DNA of 64,000 nt from the NCBI GenBank assembly GCA_963796105.1, contig CAWCKJ010000006.1, positions 64,001-128,000 on the forward strand. The letters run 5' to 3'. The translations under genes and the position numbers were made by a program. Numbering within the stretch: the stretch's first letter is position 1; each line of letters begins with the position of its first letter. Under the pieces are notes generated by a model, which saw nothing but the letters and a program-made list of their open reading frames with translations, made no database searches and was not told the origin of the DNA. Below, in pieces: positions 29,149 to 41,821 of the stretch. This stretch comes from a candidate division FCPU426 bacterium. GTDB taxonomy: Bacteria; Oederibacteriota; Muellerivitia; Muellerivitales; Muellerivitaceae.

Positions 29149-30846
29149 ATGGATTGGCCGTGGCTCTCTTCCTATGACCAGGGCGTCTCCCCTACACTCA
29201 ACTACCCCGAAACAGTCCTTCCCGACTTATTGGAGCAAACCGCTTCCCGCTTTCCTGACGTGGCGGCCCTATACTATTTCGGTTTCCGGATGTCCTACAA
29301 GAAGTTGAACGAGGAAGTCAACCGCTTCGCCAACCTGCTGATCCAGGAGGGGGTCCAACCGGGGGACCGGGTGGCCCTTTACCTTCCGAATTGCCCCCCG
29401 GCGGTCATCTCCTTTTTCGGGGCTTTGCGCGCGGGAGCTATCGTCACCCAGCTCAATCCCATGAATTCCTCGCATGAAACCGCCTTCCAGTTGAAAGATT
29501 CTGGGGCCAAATTCGTTGTGGCCCTGGACCGATTCGGGTCCATCCTGGTGCAGGTAGCGGCGGAATGCGGTTTGAAAAAAGTCTGGCTGACCCGCATCAA
29601 CGATTACTTTCCTGCTCCCTTGAAGTGGTTCTTTCCCCTGAAGGCCATGTTGAGCAAAACCTGGATTGAATGGCCTTCCGGTCCCCTCTTTCATAGTTTT
29701 GTCCAGGAATTGAAAGGTTCGCCTAAAAAAACCTTATGGATGCCCTTGGCGTTGGATGAAACGGCCCTGCTTCAATACACGGGAGGCACAACCGGCGTCG
29801 CCAAGGGGGTCATGCTGAGCCACAGGAACCTGGTGGTGAACGCCAGCCAATGCCGCCAATGGCTACCGGGCGTGGCGGAAGGGAAGGAAGTTTTCATGGT
29901 GGTCATTCCCATTTTTCATTGCTACGGAATGACCGTGGGTATGAACTGGGCGGTCATGATGGGAGGGACCATGGTCCTGGAGCCCAAATTCGACGTCAAA
30001 AGGATTTTCCGCGAAATCCAGAAATACAAAGTGACTCTTTTTCCCGGAATCCAGGCCATGTATGTGGCCGTCAATAACCACCCGGACGCGAAAAAATTCA
30101 ACCTGAAAAGCATCAGGGCCTGCCTTTCAGGGGCGGGACCCCTTCACCAGGAAGTCCAGACCAAGTTCGAGGGCTTGACGGGAGGCAAATTGGTGGAAGG
30201 TTACGGCCTGACCGAGGCTTCTCCCGTGACTCACTGCAATCCCTTTTTCGGAAGGCGCAAAATCGGGTTTATCGGAGTTCCTCTCCCCGGGACGGAATCG
30301 AAGATCGTGGATTTGGAGACTGGGACCAAAGATTTGAAACCGGGTGAAATCGGGGAAATAGTGCTGAGAGGACCCCAAGTCATGAAAGGTTATTGGAACA
30401 ATCCAAGTGAAACAGCCCTTGTCCTGAGAAATGGGTGGCTCTATACCGGGGATATCGGTTCCATGGATGAAGAGGGCTTTTTCAAGGTGGTGGACCGCAA
30501 AAAGGACATGGTGAAGATGGGCGGGGAGAATGTGTATCCCAGGGAGGTAGAGGAGGTCCTTTATCAAAACGAAAAAGTCCGGGAATGCGCCGTGGCAGGC
30601 GTGCCTGATCCCATCCTGGTGGAAAAACTAAAAGCCTACGTGGTCCTGAAGCCGGAAATGAAAGCGGAACCCCAGGAAATTATCGATTATTGCAAGGGAA
30701 GGATCGCTAAATACAAGGTCCCCAAGGAAGTGGAGTTTAGGGATTCTCTCCCCCAAAACCTGGCGGGCAAAATGCTTCGGCGTCAATTAGTGGATGACGA
30801 AAGGAAGAAAGTCCAGGATTTGAAGAAAGACTCATCAAGCAATTAA
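29149..30846 (+). CDS. fadD: Long-chain fatty-acid--CoA ligase
   Basis: LQYTGGTTGVAKG, EGYGLTEASP, GWLYTGDIG, DRKKDM; ggagg RBS. Confidence 0.9.
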   Translation: MDWPWLSSYDQGVSPTLNYPETVLPDLLEQTASRFPDVAALYYFGFRMSYKKLNEEVNRFANLLIQEGVQPGDRVALYLPNCPPAVISFFGALRAGAIVTQLNPMNSSHETAFQLKDSGAKFVVALDRFGSILVQVAAECGLKKVWLTRINDYFPAPLKWFFPLKAMLSKTWIEWPSGPLFHSFVQELKGSPKKTLWMPLALDETALLQYTGGTTGVAKGVMLSHRNLVVNASQCRQWLPGVAEGKEVFMVVIPIFHCYGMTVGMNWAVMMGGTMVLEPKFDVKRIFREIQKYKVTLFPGIQAMYVAVNNHPDAKKFNLKSIRACLSGAGPLHQEVQTKFEGLTGGKLVEGYGLTEASPVTHCNPFFGRRKIGFIGVPLPGTESKIVDLETGTKDLKPGEIGEIVLRGPQVMKGYWNNPSETALVLRNGWLYTGDIGSMDEEGFFKVVDRKKDMVKMGGENVYPREVEEVLYQNEKVRECAVAGVPDPILVEKLKAYVVLKPEMKAEPQEIIDYCKGRIAKYKVPKEVEFRDSLPQNLAGKMLRRQLVDDERKKVQDLKKDSSSN

Positions 30847-30981
30847 GATGGTTGAAGGATAATTCCGTTTTTTCCACCCGGCGAATGACAGTTGTTGACC
30901 GGCTGATTTCAGGCCCCGGCCAAGTGGCGATTCGAAGGATCGTCCCTTGACGGCCACCATTTAGGCGAATAGTATTTTCTT

Positions 30982-31830
30982 ATGCCCCATAAAATTAAAA
31001 AGAATTCATCCAAATTTCTGACCCTTGAGCAGCTTCGGAAGAAGCGCTTGAAAAACCGTTATAAGATCGGTTTAGCCCTTTGCGGCGGCGTGGTCCACGG
31101 CCTTTCGCAAATCGGTGTTTTAAAAGTCCTCGAAAAGGCCGGGATTAGGATTGACTGCCTGGCGGGAACCAGTTCCGGTTCCATCATCGCGGCGGCTTAT
31201 GCCTCCGGCCTTCCGATTTCACGTATCGAGGAAATCGCGACCCACACTACCTGGAAAGAACTATTCTCCATCCGCCCCCCTTTCCGGCAAGGGCTTGTTT
31301 CCTCGGGACCTATCGAGGAGTACATTCGGAAATATTTCAAGGTGGCGACCTTTGAGGAGCTTAAAAAACCCCTGGCGGTTGTCGCGTCCGATATCTGCAC
31401 GGGGGAAGAGGTGATTTTCACCAGCGGGGCATTGGATAAGGCCGTAAGGGCCTCTTGCTCCATTCCGGGCATCTACAGCCCGGTGGAAATGGAAGGCAGA
31501 CAGCTCGTGGACGGTGGAATGGCGGAGAACGTACCGGTTCACGCCTTGCGGAGCCTGGGGGCCGACGTGGTCATCGCGGTGAACGTTTTCGGCCACCATC
31601 AGGTTTTCCCCCCTGCCTCCAATGTTTTCCAGATCCTGATGCGGGTTTGGTATTTCTTTGTCCAGGAGGAAACTACCTGGCGCGACCATGTGGACATCCT
31701 TATTGAACCTGACCTGAGGGCCTATGACCTTTTCGACTTCAAGGACGCCAAGGCGGCTATCGCGACCGGGGAAAAGGAAACCAAGCGCCATTTAACAAGA
31801 ATTAAACAAATCGTCCGAAGCCGTTCTTAA
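30982..31830 (+). CDS. Patatin-like phospholipase
   Basis: GLALCGG, GTSSG (GxSxG), LVDGG. Confidence 0.9.
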   Translation: MPHKIKKNSSKFLTLEQLRKKRLKNRYKIGLALCGGVVHGLSQIGVLKVLEKAGIRIDCLAGTSSGSIIAAAYASGLPISRIEEIATHTTWKELFSIRPPFRQGLVSSGPIEEYIRKYFKVATFEELKKPLAVVASDICTGEEVIFTSGALDKAVRASCSIPGIYSPVEMEGRQLVDGGMAENVPVHALRSLGADVVIAVNVFGHHQVFPPASNVFQILMRVWYFFVQEETTWRDHVDILIEPDLRAYDLFDFKDAKAAIATGEKETKRHLTRIKQIVRSRS

Positions 31831-31907
31831 ATGAAGGACTAAAATCGATCCCGGGTTTTTCCTTTAAATTTCTCGACTTTGATAAATTCAATCTGGACGC
31901 ACTACAT

Positions 31908-32052
31908 CTCCCCCTCTGAAAGAGGGGGAATAAGGGGGAGTTAGTCTTTTCTTGCTGCTTTGCCAAAGGCTAAAACCCCCCTATCCAACAGCCTCATAGG
32001 GAAACCCCCCTATGGTACCCACAAACCGAACTGCCCCTTTTTCAAAGGGGGA
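31908..32052. repeat. REP-like palindromic repeat cluster (second copy)
   Basis: ctccccctctgaaagagggggaataagggggagttag ... cccctttttcaaaggggg. Confidence 0.6.
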
Positions 32053-32138
32053 AATGGACGTTCACAACGCGTCTTTCAAGATTTGCCAAAGTTGAGTAAA
32101 TTTGATTGTTTCCAGGTCCTTTTCGCCCTAACACCCTC

Positions 32139-32167
32139 TTGACGGAAAAGCCCGATGTTCTTATGAT
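32139..32167 (+). promoter_or_regulatory. Sigma70-type promoter of groESL
   Basis: TTGACG-N17-TATGAT just upstream of CIRCE. Confidence 0.75.
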
Positions 32168-32175
32168 TTCACCCC

Positions 32176-32202
32176 TTAGCATTCACCATTGGTGAGTGCT
32201 AA
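32176..32202. promoter_or_regulatory. CIRCE operator (HrcA site)
   Basis: TTAGCATTC-N9-GAGTGCTAA, one mismatch to consensus, upstream of groES. Confidence 0.93.
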
Positions 32203-32452
32203 TTTCGAGGGGCTTGATTAGCTTCTTGAATTCCTGGTTTTCGGGAAATCCCGTCCTTGGCGGGATAAGTAGAGGGATCAGGCTGTGCCCGATTTCGTGT
32301 CCAAATTCGCCGGACTTCTTCGGCGAACCATCAAAGAATCGGGCTTCATGGATCTTCGGGTTTGTCCGAAGGCCCATTCACTAGCTTGAGCCTTTTAATT
32401 TCGTTTCATTTCCAGTGCTCCAAGGGCACAAACTTTAAATGGAGGTTGTTCC

Positions 32453-32743
32453 ATGAAGATTAGGCCGTTACATGACAGGATTTTGGTCGAGAGGCTGGAA
32501 GAGGAAGAGAAGACGAAAAGCGGGATCGTGATTCCCGACTCGGCGAAGGAAAAGCCGCAAAAGGGAAAGGTCATCGCCGTGGGTTCCGGAAAAATCAATG
32601 AAAAAGGCGAAAGGGTCAAGATGGACGTCAAGGAAGGCGACCAGATCCTGTTCGAGAAATACGGCGGGAACGAAATCAAGGTGGATGATAAGGAACTTCT
32701 CATCATGCGGGAAGAGGACGTGTTAGCTGTCATCGAGAAATAA
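32453..32743 (+). CDS. groES: Co-chaperonin GroES
   Basis: [23 protein letters not shown]. Confidence 0.98.
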   Translation: MKIRPLHDRILVERLEEEEKTKSGIVIPDSAKEKPQKGKVIAVGSGKINEKGERVKMDVKEGDQILFEKYGGNEIKVDDKELLIMREEDVLAVIEK

Positions 32744-32756
32744 ACCAAATTTATAA

Positions 32757-34429
<1,673 letters not shown>

Positions 34430-34468
34430 TCAAAACAAGTTAGTAGTTGAGAGTTAGGAGTGGGCGAT

Positions 34469-34503
34469 AAGCTCCCGGGGGGTAACTTCCGGGAGCTTTT
34501 TTT
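34469..34503 (+). terminator. Rho-independent terminator after groEL
   Basis: agctcccgg...ccgggagct followed by a T run. Confidence 0.85.
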
Positions 34504-34601
34504 GTATTTTAGCATTCAATGCACAGCCGGGTTGGCGTTGACACCACCTTGGCTAAACCCTATATTTAATACAACTTAACACCCAGGGGAGAGGTAGTAA
34601 A

Positions 34602-34901
34602 ATGCCGACATATGATTATAACTGTCCTAAATGCGGGCACTTCGAGACATGGCAATCCATCAAGGATAACGCCCTCGCGGTGTGTCCAACCTGTGGAAGC
34701 AAGGTTGAAAGGCTTATTTCAGCCAATATTGGTTTTGTCCTGAAAGGCTCGGGTTTTTACCAAAACGACTATAAAAAAAAGGCGCCGGCCAAGACGAAAA
34801 AGAAAGTTGAGGCTAAGGCGGAAACGAAAACCACCGGGTCTCCCGATACTTGTTGCGGCGGATGCGGGGACGCGAAGTCTTGTACGGCGGAGAGTAATTA
34901 A
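34602..34901 (+). CDS. FmdB-family zinc-ribbon protein
   Basis: MPTYDYNCPKCG...CPTCG...FVLKGSGFYQNDY. Confidence 0.9.
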   Translation: MPTYDYNCPKCGHFETWQSIKDNALAVCPTCGSKVERLISANIGFVLKGSGFYQNDYKKKAPAKTKKKVEAKAETKTTGSPDTCCGGCGDAKSCTAESN

Positions 34902-34973
34902 AGAATTAGTGTTTTCTTAATATGCGGTTTATGAAGAGAAAGCCTTGAATATCTCACTTAACGGGAGGTTTTT

Positions 34974-35156
34974 GTGGCACCAGGATGGATTTTAGGAATC
35001 GTCGCCGGATATGTTCTCTTTAACATGGGACTTTGGAAGTCGGATTCTTCCCCCAAACCGCAAGATACCCTGTGGGCCCTCATTATGCTGGGGGGGACGA
35101 TTCTCATGTTTATATCGGTCCTGCTCTGGGCGGTCCCGAATTTCTTCAACTCTTAA
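34974..35156 (+). CDS. Small membrane protein
   Basis: ggagg RBS, GTG start, two hydrophobic segments. Confidence 0.45.
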   Translation: MAPGWILGIVAGYVLFNMGLWKSDSSPKPQDTLWALIMLGGTILMFISVLLWAVPNFFNS

Positions 35157-35232
35157 ACCCCTTGTTCTTATCCGCGCCAGCAGACAAAACGGCCATTCAT
35201 GACCCATAACCGGTTTTTTTGGAGGAATTAGG

Positions 35233-35580
35233 ATGAAGGAATTAATCACTGAGGAACAAGCCGGAATGATCGTCATGCTGCTTTCCCTGGGAGTCACTCT
35301 TGTGGGAATCGGATCTGGTTTTTATCTCGGAAGGAAATGCTCCGGGGAAGAAAAAAAGAGAGTTTGGGCCCAGGCCGTGATTTCCGCCCTGGCGGGGCCC
35401 GTGATCTGGTTATTCTGGGGAGTTTACAACTCCATAGAGAATTACTACGGTTTGGATTCGTTGAAAGCGCTAAAAATTAACTTCGTGATCGCGTTGGGGC
35501 TTGGCGTTATTTTCTTTTTTCTCTACCGTTTCATACCCGGCTGGGTGACCAAACGGCAAAACGAGCCGGGTTCCCCTTAA
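35233..35580 (+). CDS. Hypothetical membrane protein
   Basis: ggagga RBS, three hydrophobic segments. Confidence 0.7.
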   Translation: MKELITEEQAGMIVMLLSLGVTLVGIGSGFYLGRKCSGEEKKRVWAQAVISALAGPVIWLFWGVYNSIENYYGLDSLKALKINFVIALGLGVIFFFLYRFIPGWVTKRQNEPGSP

Positions 35581-35635
35581 GCCTTTTTAAGCCATAGGCC
35601 CAACACAAGTTGAACGGGAATTCGTCTAAAACCAT

Positions 35636-36517
35636 ATGAAACCTACCGATCCACTTTCCATCCTTCATGAAGTCCGCCGCCTGGAAATCGTCACGAGAGG
35701 GGCGGTCGATACCCTTTTAAAGGGCTCCTATAAGAGCACCTTTAAGGGACAGGGCCTGGAGTTCCACCAGGTCCGGGAATACACACCCGAGGACGATTAC
35801 CGCACCATCGATTGGAATGTAACCGCGCGCTTGAACACTCCCTTTGTGAAGACCTTCGTGGAGGAAAGGGAGCTCCAGATTATTTTGGCCGTGGATTTAT
35901 CAGCCTCCCTTTGGTACGGCACGGGAGCCCACAGCAAGAGGGAAACGGCCCTCCGCCTTTGCGCCATCCTGGCCTTCGCCGCGGTCCAGCACCAGGACCG
36001 GGTCGGACTCATGGTTTTTACCGACCGCGTTGAATTTTACGCACCGCCGAAGAGGGGAAAGGGCGCCACGATGTCGATCCTAAGGAAACTCATCGAATTC
36101 AAGCCCGCCGGGAAGATGACCAACTACCGTCCCGCCTTCCAGATGTTGACTAAGGTTTTGAAGAGGCGGAGCGTTCTTTTCTTGGTCTCGGATTTCACCG
36201 ACCCACTTCCCATGGAATCCGCGAGCGTCCTGGCTAGGCGCCATGACATGCTGGCCGCGGTCATCAAAGACCCTATGGAGGAGGGATTTATTCTTCCCGC
36301 CCGTATCGCGGTCAGGGACCCTGAAACTGGCAGGGTTGGATACCTTTCGCCGCGATCCCAGACCGCTTTCCGGAAAGCCTCGGAATTCCGGGAAGGACAG
36401 TTGAAAGCCCTGGTGGCCAAGGGTGTGGACCGGCTGGAACTCAAGGCGGGGGATAACGTGGTTCCTCCATTGATGAATTTCTTCAGAAGGAGGATGGAAA
36501 GGATGGGCCGGAGGTGA
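35636..36517 (+). CDS. DUF58 domain protein
   Basis: GQGLEFHQVREY, IDWNVTAR, FVEERE, LVSDF. Confidence 0.92.
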   Translation: MKPTDPLSILHEVRRLEIVTRGAVDTLLKGSYKSTFKGQGLEFHQVREYTPEDDYRTIDWNVTARLNTPFVKTFVEERELQIILAVDLSASLWYGTGAHSKRETALRLCAILAFAAVQHQDRVGLMVFTDRVEFYAPPKRGKGATMSILRKLIEFKPAGKMTNYRPAFQMLTKVLKRRSVLFLVSDFTDPLPMESASVLARRHDMLAAVIKDPMEEGFILPARIAVRDPETGRVGYLSPRSQTAFRKASEFREGQLKALVAKGVDRLELKAGDNVVPPLMNFFRRRMERMGRR

Positions 36518-36605
36518 GGGTGTCCTTAACCATCGGTGGAAGACCGACAAAATACTTTTTACTTTAGCCTGGAGTGTTGGACCTGAAAATTACGGGAGAT
36601 TGTGA

Positions 36606-37718
36606 ATGGACTTGCAGGGTTTTCATTTCGCCAATCCTATATGGCTATATTGGCTGCCGGTATTGCCCTTATGCCTGGTTGGTTTCTTTTTAGCCTCAAG
36701 GGCCAAACATTCCACCTTTTTCATGGGTAACCCCCGGTTGGTGGAGAAAACCCATGGCGTCATCGCGGGACAATGGTTTCCTTGGCTTCTTCGTTTACTG
36801 GTCATCCTTCTTTGCTTTATCGCCGCCGCGAGGCCCCAGGCGGGGCAGAAAAAAGTGGAGGAAAAGAAACAAGTCACGGATCTTTGGGTCACATTCGACG
36901 TTTCCGGATCCATGATTACCCCCGATTTGAAACCCAACCGCATTACGGCGGCGAAGAAACTTCTTTCGGAATTCCTGGACAAGATCCAAAACGCAAGGGT
37001 GGGTATGACCATTTTCGCCCGAATCAGCTTTACCCAATGTCCCTTGACCTCAGATGTGCAAATTATGAAAAAGCTTCTTGAAAACGTGGAGCCCGCGCCT
37101 TATTCCATAAAACTAGACGGAACCGCCATCGGGGACGCTTTGGTATCCAGCCTCAACCGGCTTAAAGAGGGGGAGAAAGGGGTATTGGAATCCGAAGCCA
37201 AAAAGAAAACAATGCTTCCAAAGTGGCTGGGCGATAAAACAGAAGAGAATACCGAGGTTCCGAACCATGAGGCCATCATCCTGATGACCGACGGCGGGAA
37301 CAATTGCGGTTCGGTGGACCCTTTCCAGGCGGCGAAGATCGCCGCCAGCCAAGGCGTTAAGATTTACACGATTGGAATGGGAAGCAATAAAAGGACGCCT
37401 ATGATTGTGCGGTATCCCGACGGCCATATGGGGCCTTTCATCGACCCTAGAACAGGGGAAATCGCGATGGAAGACCCCGTCGATATGGTGGCCTTACGGG
37501 AAATCGCAAGAATAAGCGGAGGAAAGGCCTATGCCGCCACTGATAACCGAGCTTTAGAAGAGGTTTTGGATGAAATCGCCAAACTGGAGAAAAGGGAAGT
37601 TTCTGTGACAACCCATTGGGAATACAACGAGTTGGCTTCCAATTTTCTCTTGGTGGCCTTTTTTCTCTTGGCGTTGGACATGGGTTTGGGGACCACCTTG
37701 TTGAGGACGTTGCCATAA
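36606..37718 (+). CDS. VWA domain membrane protein (BatA-like)
   Basis: DVSGSM MIDAS, GTAIGDAL, ILMTDG. Confidence 0.9.
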   Translation: MDLQGFHFANPIWLYWLPVLPLCLVGFFLASRAKHSTFFMGNPRLVEKTHGVIAGQWFPWLLRLLVILLCFIAAARPQAGQKKVEEKKQVTDLWVTFDVSGSMITPDLKPNRITAAKKLLSEFLDKIQNARVGMTIFARISFTQCPLTSDVQIMKKLLENVEPAPYSIKLDGTAIGDALVSSLNRLKEGEKGVLESEAKKKTMLPKWLGDKTEENTEVPNHEAIILMTDGGNNCGSVDPFQAAKIAASQGVKIYTIGMGSNKRTPMIVRYPDGHMGPFIDPRTGEIAMEDPVDMVALREIARISGGKAYAATDNRALEEVLDEIAKLEKREVSVTTHWEYNELASNFLLVAFFLLALDMGLGTTLLRTLP

Positions 37719-37784
37719 TTAATAGAAATGGTTCGCGTAAAAGAATTAAGTACGGTTAAAAATGAGCGAATTTTTGAGGATTAA

Positions 37785-38774
37785 ATGAATTTAGAGAACA
37801 TGAACTGGTTCTGGCCGCTCCTTTTGCTGTTCCTGGCAGGATTAGGATTGGCTCTTTATTCCTTGGGGCGCGACCGGCGGGACTTGGAAATGTTAGGTTA
37901 CCACAACCTTGTACTGTCACCCCTTGCGGTTTGGGTCCGCAGGTTGATCAAGGGGTTTTTAATCCTATTAGGGCTTTTCCTTTGTCTTTTAGGGGCTGGG
38001 CGCCTGCAGGGGAAGCTCATTCCGGAAGATTTAAACTTGCGGGGTGTGGATGTGATGATCGTTTTGGACGTATCCAAAAGCATGTTGACCCAAGATATGG
38101 ATCCCAACCGGTTGGATGCGGCGAAAAAAGCCCTCCTCGCGTGGATTCAAGTCAGGAGCGGGGACCGGATCGGTTTGGAGTTATTCGCGGGGCAAGCACT
38201 CGTTCAGGTTCCCTTAACGCTAGACTTGGAGGCGGTATCCCTGGTCTTAAGCAAGGCCGACCCTGACGCGGTGGACCGTGGGGGAACGGATATTGGCGAG
38301 GCCATACGAACAGCTCTCACGGCTTTTGACAAGGATGAAACGAAAAAAAGAGGAAAAGCTATTTTGCTGATCACGGACGGGGAAATCACCGAGGGGTCAG
38401 CCATATTGCCCGAGGCCTGCAAAGAGGCCAAGGAAGCAAACGTGCCTGTTGTCGCGGTTGGGATCGGAACGCCCCAAGGACGCCCAATTCCGGATGGCAC
38501 TTCCTTTTGGGGAGAGGCTGTTTATAAAAAGGACCGGTCGGGGAACATTCATGTCAGCCATTTGGATGAAGGAAATTTGAAACAAATTGCCTCGATCACG
38601 GGAGGGGTTTACATCCAGGGAGAAAGCGACCGGAGCCTGGCTTCTATCGGTGATCATCTGGATGGTTTGGAGAAAACCATGATGAAAGATAAGGGCGTTA
38701 TGAGGCGCGAGGAACTTTCGCCGGTTCTCGGGGCGTTTGCCGCGGCGACATTGATTCTTTCGTCAGTTTTGTAG
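37785..38774 (+). CDS. VWA domain membrane protein (BatB-like)
   Basis: DVSKSM MIDAS, GTDIGEAI, LLITDGE. Confidence 0.9.
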   Translation: MNLENMNWFWPLLLLFLAGLGLALYSLGRDRRDLEMLGYHNLVLSPLAVWVRRLIKGFLILLGLFLCLLGAGRLQGKLIPEDLNLRGVDVMIVLDVSKSMLTQDMDPNRLDAAKKALLAWIQVRSGDRIGLELFAGQALVQVPLTLDLEAVSLVLSKADPDAVDRGGTDIGEAIRTALTAFDKDETKKRGKAILLITDGEITEGSAILPEACKEAKEANVPVVAVGIGTPQGRPIPDGTSFWGEAVYKKDRSGNIHVSHLDEGNLKQIASITGGVYIQGESDRSLASIGDHLDGLEKTMMKDKGVMRREELSPVLGAFAAATLILSSVL

Positions 38775-38789
38775 GGAGGAAATTAGATC

Positions 38790-39701
38790 ATGGGCGTGAG
38801 TTTTCGTGTTTGGGCCATTTTAACCGCTGGACTGGGTATTTCTATTTTGCCGCCCCATCCAATATTCGCGGACACTCTTTCTGACGGAAGAAAAGCCTAT
38901 GAACAACAGGATTACGAAAATGCTGAAAAATATTTCAACGAAAAAGTCCAAAAATCGCCTGACGACGCCGCGAATGCGTATGCTTGGGGGAATTCCCTCT
39001 ACAAGTTAGGGAAATACGAGGAGGCTGAAAAGGCCTACGAACAGGCCCTTCAAACAAAACCCGGTTTAGAGCAAGGCTGGTACAACCTTGGAAACGCCCT
39101 TTTTCAACAGGACCGTTACAAAGATTCTATTGATTCATACCAAAAGGCTTTGCAATTGGACCCTAAGGATTTGGACGCCAAGCACAACATGGAACTGGCC
39201 CAGAAAAAGCTGAAGGAAAATCCAAAATCCGATAAAAGCCAAAAAAAGAAAGAGAATCAACAGGCGAAGAAAAATGAAAAACAGCAAAATCAGAATAAAA
39301 ATTCCGGCCAACAGAACCAGGCTGATAACAATCAAAAAGGCCGGAATAAACAGCAAGAGAAGAAACAAGGCCCTTCCGAGGGCAAGAATCAACAGGCCCA
39401 AAACCAGCCAAGCCCCGGAAATGACCAGGAAAAGACAGCCCGGGAGAACAAGGAGGACCAGCAAAAAAGGCAGGAAGCCAAGAAAGAGCTGGGCATGAAC
39501 GATAAACAAATCCAGGAATTGTACTCAAAACTTCAAAAACAAGAGGAACAAACCCAGCAATATTATTCAGCCAATCCCCGTAAAGACCAACAAAATCAAA
39601 ACGACATGTGGAATTTTTTACCCAGGGAACAACAGGAGTTCATGCGACGCTTTTTCGGTAAACCGGATAAAAATGCTAATCAAGTGGAGGAGGATTGGTA
39701 A
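38790..39701 (+). CDS. TPR protein (BatC-like)
   Basis: WYNLGNALFQ TPRs, Q/K/N-rich tail, C-terminal EDW. Confidence 0.88.
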   Translation: MGVSFRVWAILTAGLGISILPPHPIFADTLSDGRKAYEQQDYENAEKYFNEKVQKSPDDAANAYAWGNSLYKLGKYEEAEKAYEQALQTKPGLEQGWYNLGNALFQQDRYKDSIDSYQKALQLDPKDLDAKHNMELAQKKLKENPKSDKSQKKKENQQAKKNEKQQNQNKNSGQQNQADNNQKGRNKQQEKKQGPSEGKNQQAQNQPSPGNDQEKTARENKEDQQKRQEAKKELGMNDKQIQELYSKLQKQEEQTQQYYSANPRKDQQNQNDMWNFLPREQQEFMRRFFGKPDKNANQVEEDW

Positions 39702-39796
39702 TGTTTCCAAGGATGTTTAATGAGCGCCAAAAGACGGTTAAAATGCAAAGCTTGTTTTTAGAGCAAGGGTTTGAAAATCCCGGAAGGAGGAGTCCG

Positions 39797-40777
39797 ATGA
39801 AATTGAAGGTTATTTTTCAATCAGTGCTTTTTCTGACTCTCCTTTTTCCCTGGCCATTAGGAGCACAGCAAGAGGAAGCAATAGGTCTAAGGATGGAGGT
39901 GGATAAACGGCAGGTGGAAGTGGGAGACGGCTTAACCATTTCGCTCGAGTATAAACAGGTCGGAAACACAGGCGGCTCGTCCTTTCAGGAACCATCCTTG
40001 CCTACTCCCGAGCATTTCCAGATTAACGGTACATCCTCCTCAACCCAAGTGACCATCATCAACCAACAGACAGCCCAAATTTCCACCACGAAATTACGTT
40101 TGGAGGCGACGAAAGCCGGGTCCGAAACACTGGGACCGGCCATCCTGATCTATTTGGATCCCCAGGGCAAGAAAAGAGAATTGCAATCCAACGTTGTGAA
40201 CGTGACGGTGGTGGAGAAAAGTGGATTTTCCTTCTTCAAAAAAAAGAAGGACCCTTCCCCAGATCCGAATCAAGCCAACCCGCCCCCAGGGGCCCAACCC
40301 CCGGCGGATGCGGAACTGCACGGGATCAAACCTTTATTAGACGATTCCCATAATATTTTTAAAGCCCTAGTTTGGATCGTCATCCTGGTTTTGATTGTTT
40401 GGTTCATATGGCGGCAATTTAACCAGCCTAAGAAGAAGGTAACTATATCCCGCCCCCTGGGAGCGGACGCCCAATTGAGGGAATCCTGGAGAAAACTCTC
40501 GAACGAGGAACTTTCGGCAATGGAATTTTGCCTGGCTCTTTCGGGGCTTGTCAGGGAATGCCTTCAATACAGCTATGGTTTTCCGGCTGTGGACTATACG
40601 ACCGAGGAAATATTTAAGGAGTTGGAAAAGCATAAGCTTACGAATAATGAAATGGAAGCCGTTGAGAAATGCCTGAAGACTTGCGACAGGGTCTTGTACG
40701 CCGACGGCAACCTGACGGGCAGGGATAATTTGCGTTCCATTTGCTCGTCTTTGCTTCCTAAAGTCACGAAAAATTAA
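39797..40777 (+). CDS. BatD-like protein
   Basis: Signal peptide, VDKRQVEVGD Ig-like start, SSSTQVTIIN, one TM helix; ggagg RBS. Confidence 0.75.
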   Translation: MKLKVIFQSVLFLTLLFPWPLGAQQEEAIGLRMEVDKRQVEVGDGLTISLEYKQVGNTGGSSFQEPSLPTPEHFQINGTSSSTQVTIINQQTAQISTTKLRLEATKAGSETLGPAILIYLDPQGKKRELQSNVVNVTVVEKSGFSFFKKKKDPSPDPNQANPPPGAQPPADAELHGIKPLLDDSHNIFKALVWIVILVLIVWFIWRQFNQPKKKVTISRPLGADAQLRESWRKLSNEELSAMEFCLALSGLVRECLQYSYGFPAVDYTTEEIFKELEKHKLTNNEMEAVEKCLKTCDRVLYADGNLTGRDNLRSICSSLLPKVTKN

Positions 40778-40831
40778 TGCAAAAGCTTGAGAATCACCGC
40801 GTTATCGCGGCAAATCATTAAGGAGAAAGAA

Positions 40832-41821
40832 ATGGCGAACCAGAACGAGGAACTTACCCAAGAAGCTCAGCGGCTCAGCGAGCAGTTCCAGAAGGCCAAG
40901 GAAGAAGTAAAAAAAGTCATCGTAGGTCAGGAGGATCTGTTAGAGAGGCTTTTATTGGGTCTGCTTGCCAGGGGACACCTGCTTTTGGAAGGGCTCCCGG
41001 GATTGGCCAAGACCTTGGCTGTGCGGACTCTTTCCGAGACGCTGGGGGTCACTTTCAGCCGGATCCAATTTACCCCTGACCTTTTGCCAGCGGACCTAGT
41101 TGGGACCCGTATTTACATGCCCGCAAAAGCGGATTTCAAAACCCAAAAGGGCCCTATATTCGCGAACCTCGTATTGGCGGATGAGATCAACCGCGCACCC
41201 GCGAAGGTGCAGTCCGCTCTTTTGGAATCCATGCAGGAACATCAGGTGACCATCGGACCGGATACCTTCAAGTTGGATGAGCCCTTTTTTGTCATGGCCA
41301 CCCAGAATCCGATCGAGCATGAGGGAACCTATTCCCTCCCGGAAGCGCAAGTGGACAGGTTTTTAATGAAGATATTCGTGGGTTATCCTGGTTTCGAGGA
41401 TGAGAAAGAGATCGTCACCCGCATGACTACGGGGGCCACGATCAAAGTAAACGAGGTTCTTTCCGCCCAGGCCATCTTGAAGGCGCAAAAAGTCGTGGAT
41501 GGAATCTATGTCAGCGAGACTTTGAAGGATTATGTCGTTCATTTGGTCACCGCGACCCGGAATCCCAGTGCTTACCAGATGGCGCACCTTTCAGCCCTGA
41601 TTGAGTATGGGGCTAGCCCAAGGGCCTCCATGGGATTGACCGTGGCCGCCAAGGCCCGGGCATTTTTAAGCGGCAGGGGATACGCTATTCCTGAGGATGT
41701 GAAGGCACTTGCTCCCGACATCATGCGCCACAGATTGATTTTGACCTATGAGGCTGAGGCCCAAAACCTCACCAGTGACGGAATCATCGAGCAAATTCTC
41801 AATAAGGTTCCAGTGCCTTGA
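40832..41821 (+). CDS. MoxR-family AAA+ ATPase
   Basis: EGLPGLAKT, RIQFTPDLLPAD, LADEINRAPAKVQSALLE. Confidence 0.95.
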   Translation: MANQNEELTQEAQRLSEQFQKAKEEVKKVIVGQEDLLERLLLGLLARGHLLLEGLPGLAKTLAVRTLSETLGVTFSRIQFTPDLLPADLVGTRIYMPAKADFKTQKGPIFANLVLADEINRAPAKVQSALLESMQEHQVTIGPDTFKLDEPFFVMATQNPIEHEGTYSLPEAQVDRFLMKIFVGYPGFEDEKEIVTRMTTGATIKVNEVLSAQAILKAQKVVDGIYVSETLKDYVVHLVTATRNPSAYQMAHLSALIEYGASPRASMGLTVAAKARAFLSGRGYAIPEDVKALAPDIMRHRLILTYEAEAQNLTSDGIIEQILNKVPVP